Source of the DNA: Chlorokybus atmophyticus | Taxonomy: Eukaryota; Plantae; Mesostigma and Chlorokybus algae | Length of the DNA: 43,992 nucleotides | Assembly: GCA_009103225.1 (NCBI GenBank) | Contig: RHPI01000975.1 | Location: forward strand, 54,880-98,871 | Direction: 5' to 3' | Part shown: one piece after another, positions 34,206 to 43,992 of the stretch | How positions within the stretch are numbered: the stretch's first letter is position 1 | Layout of the letters: every line of letters begins with the position of its first letter | Translations under genes and position numbers: made by a program | Notes under the pieces: generated by a model | Told to the model about the DNA's origin: nothing | Databases searched by the model: none | Seen by the model: the letters and a program-made list of their open reading frames with translations, nothing else

Positions 34206-35705
34206 GAGCCCCTCCCGACCGGCGGGATAGCAATCGGATAGGATATAATAGTGCCGCTTATCCGGCTTTTATCGCCGTGTTGTCTCCCCACCAGCGCGTT
34301 ACTCCGCTTTTCTATCAGTGCGCGCCAGAATTGTACGAGGAATAGTTGGTGAGATAAACGGCAACTATTCTAGAAAAGATAAATGATTTCTAGAATAGTT
34401 GGTGCAGTAGGATAGAGGGCGATAGTGCCCCGCAACGTGACGCGTGTCACATGACGGCGGGAACTGCACTTTTCATCAGTTGTGAAATTTCAAAAACGGG
34501 CAAGTTTCTCTGGCGGCAGCGGCGGGGGCGGCGAGGGCGTTGTTGTCGGCGGCGGCGGCGACGGCGGCTGGCGTGGTGTGTGGTGCGCTTGGTTGTTGTG
34601 TGCAGTCCAACACCAAGCGATGGCGAGGAACAACTGGACCAGGCGGCCTGACGGCCGCCAGCATGACCTATATGAGGACAGTCAGTACGCAGCAGGTATT
34701 GGTGGTGTGAAGGGTTGATGTTTGTGCTGTGTTGTGTTGATGTTATTTCATTCTATCCGCTGAAGTCGTGTTGGCTGTACATTTATTGTTGTGTGTAAGG
34801 CGCAGTTGCTGCAAACTTTTGCTAATGGTGTGGTTGCAAGCGTGGGCTGAGTTGTTGTTGTTGCTAGCATTTGCCAACTGCATGTCTCAGGTTGGCATTG
34901 GAAGCAGCATACCGTCGTGTTTTACAGCGCTGGCCTGGTCTTAAGGTGTGATTGACAATGATGCTTGAAGTTGTTGTTGGTGGCAGCATTTGTCAACTGT
35001 ATGTTGCAGCATGTGGTCAAGTATGAGGCATTGTCTAACTGCGTGGTTGTTGTGAGGTGGTTGTTGTGAGTGTCGGGTTGGGGCCACTGTGTTGTTGTTG
35101 TAATTAGCGTTTGAACGTTGTGTTGCAGCTGGGCTGAAGTTAGGGAAAGAATTGATGGACTGTGTGTACATGCATTGGCTCAAGTTGTTGACTGTGTGTT
35201 GCTGCATTGGCTTGGATTGGAACTGTGTATGTGTCTAGCAGAAGTGGAAGAGGAGGAGCATCGTAGAGTTGAGCAAGTTCGACCTCACACGCTGGCGTTT
35301 GATTTATGTGGGCCGCATGAATGCATGTGCCTGCTGGCTATGATAGCCAGCCGGCATGGGGGGAATCAGAAAATCAAACACAAGCACCAGAACGCGGTCA
35401 GGTGAGCGAGTGAGGCATGAGGCATGCTGCCACTGTTAGCTGTGTGTTTGCATGACACATGCATTTATTGTTAACATCTGAGTTGATGCATGCAGTCATA
35501 TGTGGCGCCTGTCGCGCGCCCTTCAATGCACCCCTACATGCACGCCCCAATGCCAGCCACACCAGGAGCTGCCATGCGGCCTTTGGTTCCTATCATTGCA
35601 CGCACGCCCTAAAGCACTCCGGTGTGCTCAAAGCTTTCACAACCTGGACACAATTGTAGTTTTTGAACAATTGTGTAGGTTGCTGACTGCATGTTGACTA
35701 TTGCA

Positions 35706-37136
35706 GAAGGGCTACACGCAGGTGTCTTCAACTCCAGTCGGAGCAATGCCCGTTGACACTCAGGCATGCTCAAGGCTCTTATATGCTTACATGTTGCAAG
35801 TGTAATTAACTGTGGATCGTTGACAATACTTGTTGCTGCAGAGTGGGTTCACAAAGGTGCCTCCACCCTCCGTTGCCGCAATGCCCGGTGCACTAGGTGG
35901 CCATGGTCAGAGTGCTGGCAGAGATAACACGACACCGCGCACAGATCTACAGGAAGAGGAGGCTAATGTTGGACGTGGACAAGCAGGTGCAGCGGTGAGT
36001 CTGTAAGGCGTTGACCTTAGATTGCGAGCAGCATTGGATGTGTTGTGCTGATGAATGTGATTGTGGCAGCCAACACAAGCAGGTGCGCAAAGCAGAAAAA
36101 GAAAGCCGACTGCCAAGCGCACCAAAGATGGTGCTGGTCAACGTGACACTCAGGAGAATCTAGAGTGGACAGTAAAGACAATCAGGCTGATGTTTGAAGC
36201 TTACAACAAAGCGGTGGCATTTCTTCAGCTTAAACATAAGGGCACCGCAACAAACAAGCACATCTGGTCCATGATAGCAGGGCGCATGGGCGTGCCCGCC
36301 GCCGCTGATAAACTTAGGAACAAGTTCAAAAACATGAAGTCTGAGTATCAGGTACATTATGCTTGCACGGTTCAGGCCTGTAAACTAGTGAGAGATGTAA
36401 GAGTTGTTGACTGGGGAGGTGCTGCAGGCATATCAGAGGGTGGCCACCAAGAGTGGTCAGAGCGAGCCCCCGGTCGATGAGCATGGGCAGATCTGCAAGA
36501 AACCACGCTTCCACGAAGAGTGCCACGGCTAATGGAAAGACATCAAGTCCTTGGACCTGAAGTCTTTTTCTGACTCCATGGCATTCACGCGCATGCAGAT
36601 GCTGTATAGTGGGAGCGATAACGAAGACGAGGATGATTGCGCCGTGGATGCAGACAGTGACGCGCCTGGAGATTGGTGGAGTGAAGGTGATGACCCGCTC
36701 AAAGAACGTGCGTACGTCCCATTCTGCGACGTGAAAGACCCAGGAGAATTTAGCAAGGCCAAGCGAGATCATAAGCAGCTTCGGCCTCCGAAAGTAACTA
36801 CATGCTGTGATTACATGCTGTAATTCACTTGATGATGCTCAAGTTGATTTGTTGCTACGATTATAGGGCGAGCCAGCCGCATGGGTCAAAGACTGGCTGA
36901 TGTCCCAAGCAGAGCTCGAGCATCAGCAGCGCGAGCGCGTGCTAGAGTTGGATGCGAAGCGGGCAGACGATTTCCAACAAGCGCAACTCGATTTGCAGCG
37001 CAGACGGCTGGAGATGGGTGAGAGGCTGGCAAAGGCACCTGAAGAGCGTGTTGTGCGTGAAAACAAGTTGCGCAGAGAGGCGCAGCAGCCAGCTCCGTGG
37101 GTGATGGCCGTTTTGAGTGCACTTAACAAAAGCTAG
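35706..37136 (+). pseudogene. Harbinger A Myb/SANT-like partner, multi-exon (further exons possibly from ~34620)
   Basis: LEWTVKTIRLMF...IWSMIAGRMG...LRNKFKNMKSEYQ, acidic segment, coiled-coil tail; in-frame TAA near 36530. Confidence 0.78.
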
Positions 37137-37423
37137 AGTATCAGCTCAGCGGGTAGCAGCACTTCTCTTAAATAAGATTGATGCATTGTTTGCTTAGAGT
37201 GTTGAACCATGCTTGTGCGTGCATGAGATTCGTACACGAGCTCAGTGTGTGTATGCATGGTACATTCACATGAGCATGCACACAAAGTTGTACACACGAC
37301 TGTACCGCAAGTCTATTGAAAACACAGTTCGTACTCAATCCGTACACACAACTTGACCACACTCACGCAACCACGCAAGCAGGCACGCCATCTACACTGT
37401 CAATCAACATGAAAACCGCACAA

Positions 37424-38804
37424 TCAAGCTATCCTCTTCCTCATCACCAACCCTCCCTGATCTCTTCCACGAGGTCGCCCACGTTGGGCGGAACCTGCTG
37501 CCGCTACGTCACCCAACAGCTGCACGTGCCTCGTGTAACGCAAGCGATCCTCAGCAGTCATGCGCACATCATCGACCCCAACCTCCTTATGAGCCATGCG
37601 GAAGTTGTGAAGTATCATGCAAGCCTCACACACCAGGTTGATGGCTTCAGGATTGCGAACCCCAATGCCCGTCAAGGTAGTGAGCCACACATTCTTTACG
37701 GATCCGATGGTGCGCTCAATGTGCATGCGCACACTGCTGAACCAGTGATTGAAGGCAGCTTCTGGTGAACCCTCAGGCTCTGTCTCAAATGGGACTATCA
37801 CAAAGGGACGGAGGGTGTAACCCGCATCTAACATCAACCATGAGGCAACCGGGAACTCACCGGCTTGGCACATCCTGCCCAATCCATTGCAAGACCACAG
37901 CGTCTTGTCGTTGTTGCAACCGGGCATGCCAGAGAAGTAGTTGGTGATGTACTCAGCACTTGTACTGGTCCGCCTGTTGCGCGTTCGGCGTGACAGGTCG
38001 TTGATGTAGAAACAGAGTGCCATCTACAATGTCGCAGAGCCCAGCGAACCCGCGCAGGTGAGGATTCCATGGCGTGCTCATTATGCTGAAACCCTGCTGT
38101 ACTTCCTCTAATATGCGCTCGTAGATGCCAACCTTGGGATGATGTGGACCTCCAGGCCAGCGCACATATAGTGGACCAACAACTCGTTTTACTGCTGTAC
38201 AGAAACGCTTCAACTCTCGCTCTGAAGTGGACAGCCCGATGCCGAAGAGATGTGAAATGCTCAGGTCACTCTGGTTGTGTGCTAGCTTGTACAGCATGGC
38301 CGCTACTCACCTTTTTAAGAAAATGGCCTTGCGCCTGTTGGTGTGCCGTCGTTGCAACCGTGGCCGCAACATATTACAGAGCAATTCGAATCCAGTACGC
38401 GAAATGCGAAAAGCCTCCACCCATCGCCATCCGCGCAAGTGCTTGGCGTGTCGGTCCCACCGCATCTCATCTCAAAAATACTTCCAGATTCTGCCAGTCA
38501 TGAAGATGCCAGTCTCCTTGGCCAGTTGCCCCAACACTAATAAAATCAAGACCACCGGCGATGCAGTAACAGGCCGATGTGCAGATAGTGATGGTGTGGT
38601 ATGCGCCATCTCAAGTAGCATTTCCTCCTCATCATGGAGCTGAACCAGCTGCAACTCAATGTATTCCATCTCTGCATCTAAAGCTCTGAGTGCTTCCAAG
38701 CGTTGCTGCATGTCAAGCATCCACATGATGACCACTACGAAGATTGCTGTGGCGGCATCCATCGGTGATAATGCAATGAGGATCTGCTTAATGCACAACA
38801 ACAT
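37424..38804 (-). pseudogene. Harbinger A DDE transposase
   Basis: EAFRISRTGFELL, AMLYKLAH, DIVDGTLF, GCNNDKTLW, MLDAGY, RMHIERTIGSVKNVW, ACMILHNF; internal stops. Confidence 0.92.
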
Positions 38805-39385
38805 ACTTTGAGTTGCCGTTGTGCGCTAGCAACCAACCCACAAGAATTGCCACAACAAGATGGTCAATCAAAACAATATTCAGTTCAAGTCATTAATTGC
38901 GCGTACACTAACGCTTAGCTTACATGCTATCCAATATTTCTTCACGACCTACATTGAACTGGAGGGCTGCTTCGACACCTGCCGCTCCACTCCTTCCTCT
39001 TGGCACACCGTTGACAACCTGAAACAAACACATGATCTTACTCGCTGAATGCTACACACGCATGCACGTACACAACCACACACAAGCACAGACTCACCCA
39101 CACAGAATCTGTGTGGGTGAGTCTGTGCTTGCTTAAACTGGCGTGCATCAGCTCCCCCACCCCACCCTCTGCCCTGCAGATGTCAATGCCTGCAAGAAAC
39201 AACGCTGGTAAACACATCACACATATGCACACCTCCAGCAAGAGCGACGTTACTAAACCAACGACAACATGTATGAGCAAACACACACAGGCGCACGCAA
39301 TGCACGCTAGTACGCGCACACACTTAACCACACTGTCAGCGTTTGCTGACCAAGTGGCAAACAATGACTGTGTGCCCCCCCCCCC

Positions 39386-39709
39386 NNNNNNNNNNNNNNN
39401 NNNNNNNNNNNNNNNNNNNNNNNNNNNNNNNNNNNNNNNNNNNNNNNNNNNNNNNNNNNNNNNNNNNNNNNNNNNNNNNNNNNNNNNNNNNNNNNNNNNN
39501 NNNNNNNNNNNNNNNNNNNNNNNNNNNNNNNNNNNNNNNNNNNNNNNNNNNNNNNNNNNNNNNNNNNNNNNNNNNNNNNNNNNNNNNNNNNNNNNNNNNN
39601 NNNNNNNNNNNNNNNNNNNNNNNNNNNNNNNNNNNNNNNNNNNNNNNNNNNNNNNNNNNNNNNNNNNNNNNNNNNNNNNNNNNNNNNNNNNNNNNNNNNN
39701 NNNNNNNNN
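39386..39709. other. Assembly gap (N run) followed by (AC)n 39710-39746
   Basis: 324 N. Confidence 1.
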
Positions 39710-39748
<39 letters not shown>

Positions 39749-40009
39749 TCACTTACCCCGTCCTCATGTGCCTACCGCGGCCACCGCCGCCACAACCAAT
39801 GCCGCCCTCAAGCCTGTCGCCAGAGCCAGCGGGAGAAATAATGGCGGTAAATCACGCCATCGTCACGCCCGGCTCACGCAGCTATCTAAACCCTAATCCG
39901 CTATTCTCAAGTGTAGACTCGCAACAGGATAGCATAAAAGTGCTCGATTTCGAGCAGTGTCGATTCTATCCTATCCGACTGCTATTGCGCCGGTCGGGAG
40001 GGGCTCTAA

Positions 40010-40294
40010 GGCTGCCACTAATAAATCCCAATTCACCTTTACGTCGTTTGGCTGTATCAAGTACCATGCGGCTGCCTCCCCTTTTAAATGTAACATCATT
40101 TCTCGGGCCTTTTAATTATTGTCCCAGTCGTAGTAGGCTGCTACATTAGAATAGTGGTCCAGCCACATCTCAATGTCGTCCTTTCCGGTGTACGGGGCTG
40201 GCTTAGCACGTCTATCTTGTCCTCCAATTGTGGGTGGTCGACTCAGGGTTACTGTCAGTAGCGTCATGAACTGCTGGAACTGTTCGGCGTCCAT
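40010..40294 (-). pseudogene. Gypsy gag N-terminus
   Basis: MDAEQFQQFM...PAPYTGKDDIEMWLDHY. Removing Harbinger A restores the frame LVAAL|RAQFGQPNF. Confidence 0.88.
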
Positions 40295-40359
40295 CGTAGC
40301 AGTAGGAGCTGGGTTTTGGCTTTTATCGTTGGGTTCGCGGTAGGGTACACACTGTCCCT

Positions 40360-40376
40360 ACCCCGCGTCTCCACCA
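40360..40376 (-). promoter_or_regulatory. Primer-binding site, tRNA-Ala-like
   Basis: Plus strand reads ACCCCGCGTCTCCACCA, one base from the LTR; this resembles the 3' end of plant-type tRNA-Ala (...ACCCCGCATCTCCA-CCA). Confidence 0.75.
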
Positions 40377-40377
40377 G

Positions 40378-40581
40378 TGAAGCAAACCTACACTAAAGGC
40401 ATGCACGGCGACAGCAAGATGACAACGGCAAATGACAGGCAAAATCAGAACGCGTTAATAAGGACAGTGAGCGTCTTTTATACTACACCTAACGAAGCTT
40501 CTAAGTTATCGAAACTTTTAGCTAGGTTAGTAATAATGGTGATGACATCAACGATCAATGGTTCACGACCACCGCCGTACA
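40378..40581 (-). repeat. 5' LTR of the Gypsy element
   Basis: TGAAGCAAAC...CCGTACA; 10 substitutions and 1 indel versus the other LTR (manual count). Confidence 0.95.
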
Positions 40582-41282
40582 GGCCCGCTCATCTTGGGCG
40601 CGGACCCGCGTATCTTGGCCCGGCCTGCCGCGACCTCGGAGGTTTTGAGGTCGCGGTTCAACCGCGACACGGTCAGACCGTGTATCGTATCCGGTATACG
40701 CCTCGAGCACGCCCGTCACCTGATGACGCTAGTCATCGTCATCGTCACACGCAGCGCGCGACGCTGACGCTGGCGCTGACGCAAACTTTAAGCCACAAGG
40801 CAAGCAGCTACGTGGCTTAAGCAGGCCACGGCGGCGACGGCGGCAGGTGGCGGCGGTGGGAGTTGCGGGCGACGGCGGCAGCAGGATGTTTGTGGAAGTG
40901 GCGATTGGCCAAGGGCGGAGGTGGTGGGTAGTGTGAGTGGTGAGCCCGCCATTGGCAACGTCCGTGACAACAGGGCACTGGCGGCAGTGACGGGGCAGGC
41001 GCCTGCTAAAGGGCACGAGGTATGTTGCCAGGTTGTTTTAGCAGAAGCAGTCAAGGAGTCATGCAAGCGCATGCAAGGTGCTGTCTTAGCAACCTTGCTT
41101 AGGAGCAGATAGGACTATGCGTAACAAGAGCCAGTACCCCTTGCCTATATGAAGCCTTTGTTTGCTCACTGATATGATAACTTACTGACTGGCACATTGT
41201 GTGCATGCCATAGAGACTGAAGTTGAATCATATGCGTGCCAGTGTATGCACACGCACATTCAGCAGCCAAGCCAGCACATAG

Positions 41283-41453
41283 CTGCAAGTGCATACGAAA
41301 CTTGCTTCCAATTATGTGCAGTGTTTGAGTCTAGCTTTGTCATTAAGCCTTTGATTGCTCACTTACTGCAAGTGCATATGAAGATTGCTTCCACTTATGT
41401 GCAGTGCAGTGTTTGAGTCTAGCTTTGTCATTAAGCCTTTGATTGCTCACTTA
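41283..41453. repeat. Tandem duplication, 83/88-bp units, within a larger degenerate duplication (~41190-41600)
   Basis: CTGCAAGTGCATA...GAGTCTAGCTTTGTCATTAAGCCTTTGATTGCTCACTTA occurs twice. Confidence 0.9.
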
Positions 41454-42129
41454 CATGCTGGATTGAACATTGTTCGCATGCGATAGAGATCAAGTTGAAA
41501 CTAACGCACTAGCGCAAGTGCATGCACACAACAACCTAGCTTTGACATGCGCATTGAGCAGCCAAGCCAGCACATAGTTGCATGCAGCATACGAAGCTTG
41601 CTTCCAAACATGGACATTGTGACGCACACATGCGCCACGCATATGTGCATTGCTGGCTGAACTGAATATATAGGCAGAGCTGCTTCAAGACACCTTGTAT
41701 CAGACATACAATTGCAGTCTTTATCGCCCCTCCACCCACCACCCCAGCCCCACACACCACCAACGCGCAGTGCCTGCAGTAGCGTACCAGTTGTACCCAC
41801 ACATAGTCGTAGCTTGCTTGCAGATACACTGTGATGCACGCATGCGATGTGCTAGTCATGCAGCGTCCAATATCGCTGATGTGTTTTCAGGCACAAACGT
41901 ACACATGCACGCATGAACAGGCAGGCAGGCATGGGCGCATTCTAACGGGGGTGTGAGTCATCAAACATGGAGGTTGATGGACAGATCAAGGATTGGGACT
42001 CTGATGCCAATGATGGTGCATTGCATCAACAAATTAATGGTCGACAGCAGCCAGCAACACTCAGGTGCATAATGCATGGTCAGTGCTCGCGTGTTGTTCA
42101 TTGCTCACTTCAATGTTGTATAATTTAAT

Positions 42130-43992
42130 AGGTTTTGCCAAGTGGAATGTGAACGTCAGCAATGGGGCGCTGCAGAGCAAACAAATGCCGCTGTGGCAGC
42201 TGGGAATCAAGCAAAGCATGGAAAGCTACGAGATCAAGCCAGGACGAGACATGCGCTCACATCAATGTGAGTTGCTGCTTGCAGAGGTTATCCCATCACT
42301 CCATTCATTGGTAACGTTTATGAACTGGCATGCATGCAGAGCGCCAGCAGAGTTTCACAACATGGTGTCAAGGAATCGAAGGAACACGATGCGACCCAAT
42401 TCCACACGCTCTTACAGTCAACATCACAAGAAGTTTAAGTGGTTCCTCAACCATGCTCCTGCTACAAGCTTACCACATGCTGCTCCAATTGATGACATCC
42501 TAGCAGGGGAAGAGGGGGCTAAGTTGGCCATGCATTTCATGCAATGGGTAACATCCAACATGCCTGGTTATGACTATCCTCGCAAGGCCAAAGTGCTGGT
42601 ACGTATTTGATGGTATATCTTGGCAACTGACATGTTGCTCATGTTGCTCATGTGCACGAATTGTCATTGTCTGTGCAGAAACTAAGTATTGTGGAGTCTT
42701 GCCACTCAATGTTGCAAAGTCATTACGCCCATTAACAAGTTGGAGCCCGTGCAAACCTATCATTCACACCAGACCTTTGGGAGCGTGCTCAACTTGTCCA
42801 GCACGTCGGGTAGCGGATGGTGTATCAAATTGCAAATGATTCGGTTGCACAAAAAGGGCAACGGCCAGATTCTTCAGACGATCCGCAAGATGGCATTGTA
42901 AACGCGACTTTCACCATTTAACAATGGCTTAGCCTAGCCACTAGCATGTTGGCAGACCCGTCCTTGCCTGCGTTGCGAGATCACTCCATGTCAACATGGC
43001 TTACGAGTTGCATTGAGCGCTCAACGGAAGGGAGAGCAGTCTACTTGCTAGACTTGTGTCCTCCACAAGTCGTGGAAAACATAGGTATGTAAACCCACCA
43101 CCACTCTTGCACCTACACACGCTTGCACACACACGCGCACATGGTGTTAATTACACGGTGCACATACACGCGCGCACACACACACACGCGCATGGTCTTA
43201 GTCACACGCTGCTAGATGCTAGGTAGTGCCAGTGCTAGCTTGTAACAATATGTTGTTAACGCAGGTCCTTCACCATGCATACTTGTCTATGCGGTGCTGA
43301 GCGGAGGGAAGACACTTAAAAACGGTCAAGTCAGTTTCGCGGGTTGCATCCGCTTTAGAAATCCTGTCGAGTGTCCACAAGGCTCCTTGGGATGCCTACT
43401 CTCACATCGATTTGCTATTAATGGTGAACGCTTTCCCGATCCTCGTGTGAAAGATGAATGGAATAAGACCGCATTATGGTTTGGAGCTCGAGTAAGATGC
43501 ATCACATGGTGCAATGCTGCTCCACTCAGCAGCATGGCACATACAACACTTAGCGGTTGTTTCTCTTGTCAACAGCCGGACCAAACTATCTTGTACGAGC
43601 AGCACTACAAATCCATTAAGACCAGATGTAAGGCCTTGGGCATTGATATTAAAAAAAGTCACACACGCCTTCCGTGTAGGCGGAGCGCAATTCATGGACA
43701 ACAGAGGCATCAATGAGAAGGTAAGCAGGTATCGGTTAGAATTCGAATACTGCACGCAAGTAATGTGCGCGCCGACACTGTGTTGTTACAAGGAAATTGC
43801 ACGAATGGGCAAATGGTGCTTTAATGCTATGCATAAAAGCTACATGAAGTTTTTTGGTCCGGAAGGGTTGTTGGGTGCAGCCGGCTGGCCCGGCGCCGCC
43901 CCAAAAAACTTTGGACTCTTTTGGAGTGCGCGCTTCATGGTGGACGTTCCCATTGAGCTTATACATGTCGTGTTCCCTTTCCTGCCAGTTCT
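42130..43992 (+). pseudogene. Crypton-type tyrosine recombinase (NDC10_II-like), intron-containing, running off the window end; possible upstream exons from ~40840
   Basis: RPNSTRSYSQHHKKFKWF, LRDHSMSTWLTSCIERSTEGR..LLDL (R), GGKTLKNGQVSFAGCIRFRNPVECPQGSLG (K), KVTHAFRVGGA (HxxR, after a +1 frameshift), EIARMGKWCFNAMHKSY (W/Y), GAAGW...VFPFL. Stops present. Confidence 0.88.

Larger units (their letters stand above)
34206..40006. mobile_element. PIF/Harbinger element A, inserted in Gypsy gag
   Basis: TIR GAGCCCCTCCCGACCGGCG (imperfect out to ~40 bp), TAA TSD (34203-34205 and 40007-40009). Contains the second N gap. Confidence 0.95.
24906..40581 (-). mobile_element. Ty3/Gypsy LTR retrotransposon (~4.7 kb after removing two nested Harbingers)
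   Basis: LTRs 24906-25110 and 40378-40581 (TG...CA); flanks GGTCC/GGCCC (5-bp TSD, 1 mismatch); PBS and PPT present; domain order gag-PR-RT-RH-INT on the minus strand. Confidence 0.95.

Noticed and set aside
1-43992. Fanzor/TnpB, Cas genes, rRNA/tRNA genes or giant-virus genes
   Set aside because: No RuvC, Cas, structural RNA or viral hallmark motifs were recognised by eye; the only tRNA-like stretch is the 17-nt PBS

Overview
Eukaryotic, intron-bearing, transposon-saturated DNA with two N gaps and (AG)n/(CT)n/(GT)n/(AC)n microsatellites. The host is most consistent with a green alga; this is inferred from short GT-AG introns rich in TGCATG and from the TE repertoire, and is not proven. Layout: (i) 1-5848 is a giant head-to-head inverted duplication of a 5'-truncated pogo-type DDE transposon plus flank, with a single N at its centre. 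(ii) ~7000-9165 is a Ty3/Gypsy remnant whose integrase ends in a degenerate PHD finger. (iii) 12584-13265 is the only clearly intact non-TE gene, a two-exon secreted protein resembling the fungal UVI-1 family and a candidate horizontal transfer. (iv) 16566-23006 is a full-length but decayed tyrosine-recombinase retrotransposon of the PAT/kangaroo type, with split direct repeats A1..B1A2..B2, gag-RT-RH-MT on + and YR on -. (v) 24906-40581 is a Ty3/Gypsy element (both LTRs, PBS, PPT, near-perfect 5-bp TSD) interrupted by two different complete PIF/Harbinger elements. (vi) From ~40840 to the window end is an intron-containing Crypton-type tyrosine recombinase. All protein-family calls come from manual motif recognition; no database search was run.
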